Positions 55,101 through 64,000 of a DNA stretch of 64,000 nucleotides are shown piece by piece. Each line of letters starts with the position of its first letter. Position 1 is the first letter of the stretch. The DNA is taken from positions 1-64,000 of the IMG/VR virus record IMGVR_UViG_3300008110_000025, one strand, 5' to 3'. Source of the stretch: a virus. The translations under genes were made by a program, and so were the position numbers. The notes beneath the pieces are model-generated. The model saw only the letters and a program-made list of their open reading frames with translations. It was not told the origin of the DNA and made no database searches.

Positions 55101-58100
55101 ATGGAGGAAAACCCATACTTAGCACAGATTGCTGAAAACTCAGGACTTCCTAAAGAAGCAGTAGATTCTGAAAATCCTTATATCAAGCAGGCACAGATTA
55201 ATGCTGGTAAGCCTTTAGAATATAAAACTGCCCCAGACAAGTTTATGTCTGGATTGGAGCAAGCCTCTAGTACAATAAATGTTACTAATAGATATAGTGA
55301 TGCTCTTGCAAATTATGCTAAATATGATGTAGGTTATAATCCATTTGGTGAAGACTGGAATGAGATCCGTGCAAACAACCAAGGTGTTGGAGAAAAGCTA
55401 GGAAGAGGAGTTCTTAAAATGGGAACCACTATGAGTGGGGCTATTGCAGAAAACACTATTGGAATATTCTCAGGTCTGGCCTCTATGGCTACAGGAGGTA
55501 CATATGCAGATAATGCTGTAGGTAGATCGGTAGATGAGATGAATGAGTGGATGGCTGAAAACTTTCCACACTACTACTCTCAAAAAGAACAAGACCCAGA
55601 TAGAAGTGCATTTGAAGCTTTGGGTACTGCTAACTTCTGGACTGATAAGTTTGCTAATGGACTTGGGTACTCATTAGGTTCCCTAGCAACTGTATGGTTA
55701 ACTGGAGGTACAGGTGTAATTGGCAGAGGGGTAGGACTAGTAGGTAAAGGGATGGCTACTCTTGGTGAAGCAGCTGCTGTTGGTAAGGTGGCAAGCACTG
55801 GAGAAAAGCTTAAGAAGATTTACGAAGCCTCCAAAATGATTAAAACTGGGGCTAAACTATCAGACGATGTAGCTGGAGCTGCTAAAACTGCTAGAGCTTT
55901 GAATGCTGCTAAGCACCTAGAGGTAGGAGCTATGATGTCTCTTGCTGAGTCTTCTGTAGAAGCTAGAGAAAAATCTAAAGAGTTTATTAGAGAAAGTTTT
56001 GCTGCTTGGGAAGAAGCCAATCCAGGTAAGTCTGCTCAACAGGATATGACTGCTGAAGAAAAGCAGGCAATCTTAGAGAGTGCAAGAGCTGTGGAGAATA
56101 CCACATTTGGATTAAATATGGCTGTTCTTATGCCTACCAATCTATTCACTTTTGGAAGTATGATAGGGGGGTCTAAGAAATTAGCAGGTCTACCTATTGG
56201 AGAAAAGATGACTGAGGACATTATAGAGAAGGGAGGCAAGTATGTACTTAAAACTCCTAACTCTGCTTTTGGTAAAACCCTTGCTAAAGTAGACAAGTTT
56301 GCAAGTCCTATTTATAAGAACTCTCTTAATGAAGCTTTCCAAGAAGGAACACAGTATGCAATTGGTGTAGGAGCTAGTGAGTACTTTAAAAATAAATTTG
56401 ATACAGGAAGTGGAGACTTTGCTGAAGCACTTACTAAAGGATTAAGTGAGACCTTTGGAAGTGCAGATGGTTTGGAGAGCATGCTTCTTGGAGCTCTTAC
56501 TGGTGGAGTAATGGGCACAGCTAGCACTACATTCGGTGCTGAAGCTGCTAAAAGGAAAAACCTTGTTGCTAATACAGAGAGACTTTTAAATATTAAAAAC
56601 AGTGCAGCATTTACAGATATCCTAGCAAATGCTGAACAGAATGATGAAAGCTTAAGAACTATTAGTGCTATAACAGCAGCTAATGCAGTAGGTAACTACA
56701 AACTTGCTAACGAACTTAGAAAACAATTAATTGCTACCAGAGCTGCAAAACTTCAAGCCCTGGATGCAGAGGAACTTGGACTTGAGGAATTCGATGATCT
56801 CGAAAAAATGTCCGAGGAAGAGTTCATGAAACGTACTGGTTACGACACTACTAAGACAGAGGATGGTAAACTTAAGGCCACATTTGCAGAACAGAGTGGT
56901 GGTAAAAGTCATGTACAAGCTATACAGGATCTAAAAGAGGAGTATAAAAAAGCATCTAAACTTAATAGAGACTTAGATGATATTATTCAAAGGGTTAATC
57001 CTATTAAGACTGGCCTACCTGGTATGCTCCAAGGCAAAGAGCAAAAGCAAGCAGATGCTACTCAGAGACTTTACAACCAAAGGTTGAAAGCTATTTTAAT
57101 GCAGCATATGGTTAGCATTGATACTAGAGACGAAGAGATTAATGCTAGCATTGATGAGCTCAGAAGACTTTCCCCAGAAGGTCCAGACTCTTTTGCAACT
57201 ATAAATAAAGATGATATTCTTGCTCTTGTAAAGAAGAACAAGATTACTGTTTCAGAGACAGGAGAAATACAATTCCCTAAATCTGTAGTTAGTACAACAC
57301 TTAGTGACACTGCTTCAGAAGAGGCAAAGGCTAAAGCCAAAGCTGAAGAGCAATCTCCAGAAGGACAGAGAAAGAAGAAGGATGAGGATGAGGAGAATAA
57401 GATTCTTAGCAAACTTGAGAGATCAATGAAGTATGCTGACAATCTTAATCCTATCGATAAAATGAAATTCATAAATGAGTTGCAGAACTTATTTACTGGA
57501 TTGCAAATGAGAGAGGAGTCTATAGCTGCATTCGATGAGCTTATGCTATCCCCAGAGAAAAGAGATTTGGCTATACTAGCTAAACAGGGAGCTAAAGCAC
57601 AAGCTAAAATTATTAATGATAATAAAGAAGCTAATGTAGTTATAGATGAAGCTAGATCTACTGCAGATTTAGATAGCCTTATCAATAACGATACTCTTAG
57701 TCCTGAACTTAGGGAGAGACTTCTTAAGAGATATAAAGAACTACAAGAGATAGAGGATAGGTATGTAGAAGATTACAATGACCTTCCCGATGCAGTACTT
57801 AAGGATATGTTAGATGGCATTGAGGAACTTAAAGATCAAGATCCTCAAAAAGCTATAGCCATCCTTAGAGTTGTAGCAGATAGAACTGGGGAAACTAAAG
57901 CTCAGAAAGAAGCTAGAGCTAATAACCCAAAGACTGATAGAGAAAAGAAAGCTGAGCAAGATGCAGCTGCTGCCGTTGCTGGATTTAAAACTTCTGACGG
58001 TAACACTCCAAATGCTAAACAGTATGTAAATGCTATTAGAGTTACTACCAGTGACAACAGGAATATCATAATTAATGGAGTTCCCTACAGGAATAATAGC

Positions 58101-61100
58101 ATAAGCATTATGGATGCTATTAAACTTAACATGGCAGCTCTTGATGACCAAGGTCAAGCTCCAGTTATGTCAGTAACCCTGATAAATAAAGACGGGCAGA
58201 CAGTTATATTTACACCAGAGAAAGACCCTATTCTAGTAAATGAACTTGCTGAGGTTATAATGATGGGTTATATCTCTGAGGGTACAGCTGATACTGTAAA
58301 TATGACCTTAGAGCAAACTGAGATTAAGGTAAAAGATATACTAAAAGTATTAAAGGTAGAAGAGCCAAGACTTAATCAAAAGATAGCTATAGATGAAATT
58401 ACAGGTACTCCTGCAGTATATGAGTATGCAATAAAAGAGGTACAGAAATTCCTTGATGGTTTATTTAAAGCTAAACAACTTTTAGAAGAAGCATACAAAA
58501 GAAATAATCAACCTTATACTGCAGTTCAAAATGATGAAATCTATAAGGATATAGTATCATTAATTGAAACCTATAACAAGAAAAGAGAAGAGCTCGATAG
58601 GACACGTAGAGAAATGATAGGTATGCCAAGTGAAGGAGATCCTTCTGCTATGGCTACTGATATAGATCCACAAGATGCTGTAGAGATTGCTAATGAAATT
58701 GGGAGACTTGAAAAAGAAGCTGATGATTTAAAGTATAGTATAATTAAATCAGAGAGACAGATTGAAGCTTATAAAAAACTTCAAGACCCTACTAGACTTG
58801 TGATGAATGCTCCTTCACCTGAAGAGGTAGAAAGGCTAATAGATAAAGAGGAGAACAAGCTTAAAGAATTATCAACTAGATTAGAGCTAGTTAATGCACA
58901 AATTGCTAAACTACAAGAACAAATAACAGCACAAAATGAAGCTAGAGAATCAAGTGAAGCTGGCCAAAACCTACAAAATGCCGAAGGAACTGAGGAATTT
59001 GCTACGGAACAAGGAAATAGACCAGAGACTGAGGGAGATGTTGAAGTACCTGCGTCAGAAGAACTAGACATCAATGAAGAAGATGAGGACTACGTAGATC
59101 CAACAGATCTAGAAAGCCTTTACTCAGATGAGGTAGATGATATTGACGAAGTAGATGATGTTACTATTCAAGTAGATTTCGAAACTGAAGAGGAGGCACC
59201 TACTGAAGATATCATCGATGAAGATAGTCTTACGATTGAACCTGTAAAAGAATCTATAGATGAAGAAGTAGAAGCAGGTAGTGAGCATGGTGGGGAAATA
59301 GATGCTCGTCTTATAAAGACACAGCATAAAACTACAGATGACTTCAACCATATAATTGTAGACTCTGATGGTACTCCACTCCCTAATACAGAATACTACA
59401 ACCCTGAGACTGATACTGGAACCAGACAGAAAGATCTTAGTGGGAACTTTATTAAAATAAGTCCTAAACTTCTAGCTTCTCATATTGAATCTAATATAGG
59501 AACAGAGGTAGTATTCCAAGTAATTCCAGATACTGTATACTGGCAAGGTATAAAAGATAGCATACCTGCTAATAAACATTGGGAGAAAGTTCCAATCTTT
59601 GTTGAGATAAGAACTCCTGATGGTAGAATAAGAAGAGTTGGTATGCTTGAGGGATATGCTCCAGGTAAACCAGAATCTAACATAAGTCGTGAGGAGATAT
59701 ACAATAATTACCTACAAGGTAAGAGGACAACTAGTACTATAGCAGGTAAGAGATTTAACTCTCAGAATATTGCAAATGCAGTAGATAAGAATGGAGATAG
59801 ATTCTTTTACAACCCATTTGCACAGGGTACTCCTACTATAGCTATTGCTAAGATTGAAAGTGATAGTGGTGCTGGTAAGTGGGAGATAGGTCTACAGGGA
59901 GACAATATCCAACCAGGAGATACCTTCCCAGACATAAAAGCATACCCTGAAGATCTAGGTAGAGTTGCAATGATTGTTAAGAGTCCTCTAGGAGGATTCA
60001 GACACTTGAGACTTACTACTAAGAATATGACTAAGGCTGGAGTTAATTCTGCCAAGCTTGCTCTTATGAATGGTCAGTCAGATATTTTACAAGATCTTGT
60101 AGGTTTCAATTTAATTGCAGAATTAGCAATTGGTCTAGAGAGAACTGACATGATGTTCTGGTTGCCAGTAGGGCAAGAGAACTCAGAAACTAGAGAGAAT
60201 ACATATGCCTTCTACCTACCTGAAGCTGAGAGCTATATTCGTATATCAGCATCAAATCTTTCTCTTGCATTAAAAGGTAAACAATTTGACTATGGCTTTG
60301 TAAAAGCTGAGAAAGGAGAGAAGGGTGGAATAACCTTTGTTAAAAATGAAACTAAGGATGGTCAATGGAATACGTATGCAGGCAAAGTAATTAAAGCATT
60401 TGAAGGTGCTTTAATGGATAAGAAGTATCAAGTAAGCATAAAGAGACTTATAGCTAATGAACCATTTGAATCTCCATTTATGAATGAGGAGAATGGAGAA
60501 AGAAAAAAATATGCTAACTATTTAGAGTACTTAAAAGATCCTAGAGCTATTCCTGATATGGATTCTGATAGTAACTCTTGGACTGGAATCATAGGTTCAG
60601 ATATGTATCTCAATGAAGAAGGAAGTCCTTACTTTGACATTGGTATTACCTATGGACCTATGCTTGTAAATGGTAAACCTGTTAACTCTGCTGAAGAAGA
60701 CATTTCAAATAAATCTGCTAAAGCTAGTACTACTTCTCAAGAGAAGGAAGAGAGTGATGAATATTCAGATGAGGATGATGACTACAATGATATTAGTGAC
60801 TTTGATCAAGAGATAGAAGATAACAATGAAGTAGCAGAAGCTATTGGTCAGACAGAGGAGGAAGAAGCTGAGACTGAAGGTTCCACTACAAATCTAGAAG
60901 ACTTGCTTAAGTCTCAAGGTAAGCTAGGACAAGAAGATGAGATAGTAGAGGATATAGAAGAGACAGATATTCCAGAAGAGGACAGAGATCTCTTAGATCC
61001 ATTAGTAGGTAAACTATTGGATATTAAAGAGAAAGAGTATAAGGGTATGTTTGAAGACCCTATTACTAAAGAAGAGACTCACTACAAGATACAGCCTGAG

Positions 61101-62063
61101 GGAACATCTAATCCTAAGAAGTTTAAACGTATTACTAGCTTCTCCTCTGAGCCATTTAATGGGACAGAAGAACAGAAGGTATCTTCTAGTAGAGCTGGTA
61201 ATACTGTACATGATATTGTAGAGAAAGTGCTTATGGGGGATAATACTTATACCCGTGGGGATAAGATGTCTCGTGTAGCATTCCTAGATCTTAAGAGTCA
61301 GATATCAAATATCAGACGATTGATAGATTCTAGAAAACAGAAAGTGATCTCTACTGAGATGATTGTCTACAGTGAGAGCTATACTGATTTTGCTGGCAAG
61401 TTTGACATTTTAGCTAGAGATAAAAAGACTGGTAAGTATTATCTTTACGATGTAAAAACTGGTTCGGAAGCTGGACTTGCAAATTATGAAAAAGGATACA
61501 CTGACCCACAAACCAAAAAGGTTTCTAAAAGCAAGAGAGATCAGCACGGAACTCAGTTGAGCATGTATGCTTATGCCTTAAGAGGAATAGGCATGGATAA
61601 GAACGTAAAAGTTGAAATAACAGGAGCTAGTGTTTTATATATACCAGTTAGATACGATAAGACTGGACACATAGATAGAGTATCTAGCATGGCTGAAAAG
61701 AAGTTTACATTGAACTACGACATTAAAAAGTTGGTAAAGGGAGATGTATCTTTCGAGCAGAAAAAAGCAACGACCAGCTCCGACCCAGGCATCAACAATG
61801 CAGGTAAGAAAAAGGCTAGTACTAAAGCCACTACTAAAAATGAAACTCCTAAAGGTAAGGAAACAAAAGCTGAACCTATTAAGAAGTCAACAGACAGTGG
61901 ATTTGTGCAAGGAGAAACCTTAGATGCAGGATTGAAAATGGCTATAGCAAATGATGCTATAGATGCTGAAGGAATTGTAAACCTATACAAAGGCCAAGGA
62001 AAGACTATAACTCTAGAGGAAGCTCAAGAATTAATGGATAAGGTAATAAAAGAAAACTGTTAA
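55101..62063 (+). CDS. giant virion cargo protein (vRNAP-cluster) with C-terminal PD-(D/E)xK nuclease domain
   Basis: 2320 aa; hydrophobic Gly/Ala N-terminal region, acidic linkers; GNTVHDIVE...E...AGKFDIL...YDVKTG...QLSMYAYAL. Confidence 0.82.
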   Translation: MEENPYLAQIAENSGLPKEAVDSENPYIKQAQINAGKPLEYKTAPDKFMSGLEQASSTINVTNRYSDALANYAKYDVGYNPFGEDWNEIRANNQGVGEKLGRGVLKMGTTMSGAIAENTIGIFSGLASMATGGTYADNAVGRSVDEMNEWMAENFPHYYSQKEQDPDRSAFEALGTANFWTDKFANGLGYSLGSLATVWLTGGTGVIGRGVGLVGKGMATLGEAAAVGKVASTGEKLKKIYEASKMIKTGAKLSDDVAGAAKTARALNAAKHLEVGAMMSLAESSVEAREKSKEFIRESFAAWEEANPGKSAQQDMTAEEKQAILESARAVENTTFGLNMAVLMPTNLFTFGSMIGGSKKLAGLPIGEKMTEDIIEKGGKYVLKTPNSAFGKTLAKVDKFASPIYKNSLNEAFQEGTQYAIGVGASEYFKNKFDTGSGDFAEALTKGLSETFGSADGLESMLLGALTGGVMGTASTTFGAEAAKRKNLVANTERLLNIKNSAAFTDILANAEQNDESLRTISAITAANAVGNYKLANELRKQLIATRAAKLQALDAEELGLEEFDDLEKMSEEEFMKRTGYDTTKTEDGKLKATFAEQSGGKSHVQAIQDLKEEYKKASKLNRDLDDIIQRVNPIKTGLPGMLQGKEQKQADATQRLYNQRLKAILMQHMVSIDTRDEEINASIDELRRLSPEGPDSFATINKDDILALVKKNKITVSETGEIQFPKSVVSTTLSDTASEEAKAKAKAEEQSPEGQRKKKDEDEENKILSKLERSMKYADNLNPIDKMKFINELQNLFTGLQMREESIAAFDELMLSPEKRDLAILAKQGAKAQAKIINDNKEANVVIDEARSTADLDSLINNDTLSPELRERLLKRYKELQEIEDRYVEDYNDLPDAVLKDMLDGIEELKDQDPQKAIAILRVVADRTGETKAQKEARANNPKTDREKKAEQDAAAAVAGFKTSDGNTPNAKQYVNAIRVTTSDNRNIIINGVPYRNNSISIMDAIKLNMAALDDQGQAPVMSVTLINKDGQTVIFTPEKDPILVNELAEVIMMGYISEGTADTVNMTLEQTEIKVKDILKVLKVEEPRLNQKIAIDEITGTPAVYEYAIKEVQKFLDGLFKAKQLLEEAYKRNNQPYTAVQNDEIYKDIVSLIETYNKKREELDRTRREMIGMPSEGDPSAMATDIDPQDAVEIANEIGRLEKEADDLKYSIIKSERQIEAYKKLQDPTRLVMNAPSPEEVERLIDKEENKLKELSTRLELVNAQIAKLQEQITAQNEARESSEAGQNLQNAEGTEEFATEQGNRPETEGDVEVPASEELDINEEDEDYVDPTDLESLYSDEVDDIDEVDDVTIQVDFETEEEAPTEDIIDEDSLTIEPVKESIDEEVEAGSEHGGEIDARLIKTQHKTTDDFNHIIVDSDGTPLPNTEYYNPETDTGTRQKDLSGNFIKISPKLLASHIESNIGTEVVFQVIPDTVYWQGIKDSIPANKHWEKVPIFVEIRTPDGRIRRVGMLEGYAPGKPESNISREEIYNNYLQGKRTTSTIAGKRFNSQNIANAVDKNGDRFFYNPFAQGTPTIAIAKIESDSGAGKWEIGLQGDNIQPGDTFPDIKAYPEDLGRVAMIVKSPLGGFRHLRLTTKNMTKAGVNSAKLALMNGQSDILQDLVGFNLIAELAIGLERTDMMFWLPVGQENSETRENTYAFYLPEAESYIRISASNLSLALKGKQFDYGFVKAEKGEKGGITFVKNETKDGQWNTYAGKVIKAFEGALMDKKYQVSIKRLIANEPFESPFMNEENGERKKYANYLEYLKDPRAIPDMDSDSNSWTGIIGSDMYLNEEGSPYFDIGITYGPMLVNGKPVNSAEEDISNKSAKASTTSQEKEESDEYSDEDDDYNDISDFDQEIEDNNEVAEAIGQTEEEEAETEGSTTNLEDLLKSQGKLGQEDEIVEDIEETDIPEEDRDLLDPLVGKLLDIKEKEYKGMFEDPITKEETHYKIQPEGTSNPKKFKRITSFSSEPFNGTEEQKVSSSRAGNTVHDIVEKVLMGDNTYTRGDKMSRVAFLDLKSQISNIRRLIDSRKQKVISTEMIVYSESYTDFAGKFDILARDKKTGKYYLYDVKTGSEAGLANYEKGYTDPQTKKVSKSKRDQHGTQLSMYAYALRGIGMDKNVKVEITGASVLYIPVRYDKTGHIDRVSSMAEKKFTLNYDIKKLVKGDVSFEQKKATTSSDPGINNAGKKKASTKATTKNETPKGKETKAEPIKKSTDSGFVQGETLDAGLKMAIANDAIDAEGIVNLYKGQGKTITLEEAQELMDKVIKENC

Positions 62064-62064
62064 G

Positions 62065-64000
62065 ATGACATTTTGCCCAAATAAATCTCTTCCTGAATGG
62101 AAGGCATTAGAAGAATCTCAACCAACCAAAGCTTATTACCTATGGAATAAGTACAAGGGTGAGGTACCATCTAAGTACTACTTCCCAAAAGAATCTGATA
62201 AGAGAGATAGAGCTGTAGCTTACTTGTCTAAAATGTTTCCTGGTAAAGAAGTAGTATTCTACGACTTTGCTAAAGAGATAGGCAATAAGACTCAGCATGG
62301 ATATATTGAGAATGGAGCAATTAATCTGTGGACATCTGCCCAATCTGGAACTGAGTATCACGAAGCTTACCACTTGCTATTCAGAACAATGTTGTCTGAA
62401 GAACAAAGAGACAATCTATATAAAGATGCAACCAAACAATTTGGAGCCCCTACTACTGCTGAGATTCAGAAGATTCAACAGGAAGTACAGGGACTATATG
62501 ATATTGTAATTGGTGAAGAAGAAGCTAGAAAACTTGTACTCGAGGAGAAGATGGCTGATGGATTCATGGAACACATGAAGACTGAGGAAGAGAGTAGCAA
62601 AGGCATGCTGGATAGATTAGCCAAGTGGTTCAGAGATTTGTTCAGCTGGATAAAAGGAATAGCATCCGATAAGCTAAGTCTCAGAGATGTGTACTCACTT
62701 ATGGAAACTACCAAGGCCAATGACACTTTCCTAGGTAGAGGAGTATTCAGAAACCCACAGGCTATGCAGAGCTCTTATAATCCTAGCATGCTTGTAGAAG
62801 GTATACCATCGGCTACTGTAGAGAAGATGGTACAAGGACTTACTAACATGGCTATTGATGAAATTGAAAGTTGGGATACACCTGATGTAAATAAAATCTT
62901 AGGGAGCAAAAAGAATAAAACTAATGGTTCAATTGTAAATGGACTCCTATATCAGATTTATGATATCAAAGGGAAAACTACTATAGATAAGACAGACATC
63001 CCTAAGATGTACAAGATGTTGGCATTAGAAACAAGACACACAAATGCCAAGACAAAGTACAATACTCTTAAAAGACAAGATTCAAAAGCAGCTGAAGCAT
63101 TTAAACCTGAGGTAGATGGATACCTTGCAGACCTAGTAGAGTATGCAAAGAAGAATGGAATAGTTATAAAGAAGAAAGTAATTAATCCTGACTCCTCTGA
63201 TAGAGATAAAGCAATAGCTCAGAGACAGATAATTAGACGTAAGCAAGTTATAAATGTAATTACAAACTGGTATGGTAAAACTGATCCAGAGACTGGTAAC
63301 ACACTTGTCCCATCATGGAGACAAATGGTACTTAATGGACTAGCTGCTAACCAATACTCTGTAACTAAAGATATAATTACAGTTGATAACAAAGAGGGAG
63401 ATACAGAGAATGACAAGATTGAGGCACAAGATGCAGGTGCAGACGAGAAAGATATTAAAGGAAGAAGCCACTTTGCTGACTCACCGATGAGTAAACTCTC
63501 ACAAAGGGCAAAAAATCTTCTTAGACGTATCCCTATTGTAAATCCAGTAAAAGAGGGAAACAAGATAGTATATAAGAACAAAAAGAATGAGGTATTCACT
63601 AATATGAATGAGTACCACACTCTGCCTTTTATATACAAACAACTATCAGAACTATGGGCCGACACTCTAACTTTTGAGGAGATGGAAGCTAAGCTTATAG
63701 AACAGTCTAAACACAGAACAGATATTAAGAGTATTAATGCACGTGTTGCAAGTATGTCTGAAGACGATAGGGCTACTCTATATAATGCATTTGCTAATAC
63801 TAACTCTCAATTTAAGTTGATTCTATTTGGAGAGGATAGTAAGATAATCAATGCCAATAGCTCTACTACTGAAAATAGAGTAGCAAAGCAGTGGAGAAAT
63901 CAGATTGTAGAAGTAGGTGGACAGGAAGAAGATACAGACATAACTAAACGTGCTGTATACATTAAAACATTTGGGGATGATGAGTCATCTGCTACGTTTA
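62065..64000 (+). CDS. giant virion protein, 5' part (zincin-like protease motif; probable vRNAP-cluster polyprotein), truncated by the window
   Basis: Start translated by hand MTFCPNKSLPEWKAL...; GTEYHEAYH (62359-62373) and EEKMADGF; absent from the ORF track, consistent with no stop before the window end; RNAP catalytic motif not seen here. Confidence 0.75.
   Translation, partial: MTFCPNKSLPEWKALEESQPTKAYYLWNKYKGEVPSKYYFPKESDKRDRAVAYLSKMFPGKEVVFYDFAKEIGNKTQHGYIENGAINLWTSAQSGTEYHEAYHLLFRTMLSEEQRDNLYKDATKQFGAPTTAEIQKIQQEVQGLYDIVIGEEEARKLVLEEKMADGFMEHMKTEEESSKGMLDRLAKWFRDLFSWIKGIASDKLSLRDVYSLMETTKANDTFLGRGVFRNPQAMQSSYNPSMLVEGIPSATVEKMVQGLTNMAIDEIESWDTPDVNKILGSKKNKTNGSIVNGLLYQIYDIKGKTTIDKTDIPKMYKMLALETRHTNAKTKYNTLKRQDSKAAEAFKPEVDGYLADLVEYAKKNGIVIKKKVINPDSSDRDKAIAQRQIIRRKQVINVITNWYGKTDPETGNTLVPSWRQMVLNGLAANQYSVTKDIITVDNKEGDTENDKIEAQDAGADEKDIKGRSHFADSPMSKLSQRAKNLLRRIPIVNPVKEGNKIVYKNKKNEVFTNMNEYHTLPFIYKQLSELWADTLTFEEMEAKLIEQSKHRTDIKSINARVASMSEDDRATLYNAFANTNSQFKLILFGEDSKIINANSSTTENRVAKQWRNQIVEVGGQEEDTDITKRAVYIKTFGDDESSATF

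Noticed and set aside
8148-63665. Numerous minus-strand ORFs in the track within the late arm (and plus-strand ORFs at 2579, 3918, 5027)
   Set aside because: Antisense shadows of long genes with biased codons; no independent start signals or motifs
1-64000. Stop-codon reassignment (TAG or TGA) as in some crAss-like phages
   Set aside because: Very long ORFs (1309, 1901, 2320 aa) are intact in the standard code, and TAG/TGA end genes at tight junctions
1-64000. CRISPR array, integrase or transposase
   Set aside because: No regularly spaced repeats or recognisable recombinase/transposase motifs; the Cas4-like domain is part of a virion protein

Overview
This is a 64-kb segment of an AT-rich, crAss-like (Crassvirales-type) phage genome. 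The host is probably a Bacteroidota bacterium, since TAnnTTTG promoter boxes are present and Shine-Dalgarno signals are weak or absent. Translation follows the standard code. Positions 1-6.7 kb are a minus-strand early/replication arm with small ORFs, a family A DNA polymerase, tRNA-Arg(UCU), two tRNA-like RNAs lacking a normal anticodon arm, and a well-formed type-P1 twister ribozyme. After a divergence point at about 6.7-7.3 kb (small basic ORF plus a ~230-nt highly base-paired noncoding element) comes a plus-strand late arm. It encodes a mosaic tail-fibre cluster with paralogues, a subtilisin/CARDB protease, a lysis cassette, GroES, HU/IHF-like proteins, terminase, portal, scaffold-like protein, major capsid protein, ring/hub/muzzle tail proteins and giant ejected cargo proteins. 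One cargo protein has an apparently circularly permuted DUF2272-like domain, one has a C-terminal PD-(D/E)xK nuclease, and one, truncated by the window end, has an N-terminal zincin motif. The most striking unexplained feature is an RNA-processing arrangement in the replication arm: terminator-like hairpin, twister ribozyme, gene, anticodon-less tRNA mimic, structured leader, then polA, with a second tRNA mimic and tRNA-Arg further downstream. All family assignments come from motif recognition and gene order, not from database searches.
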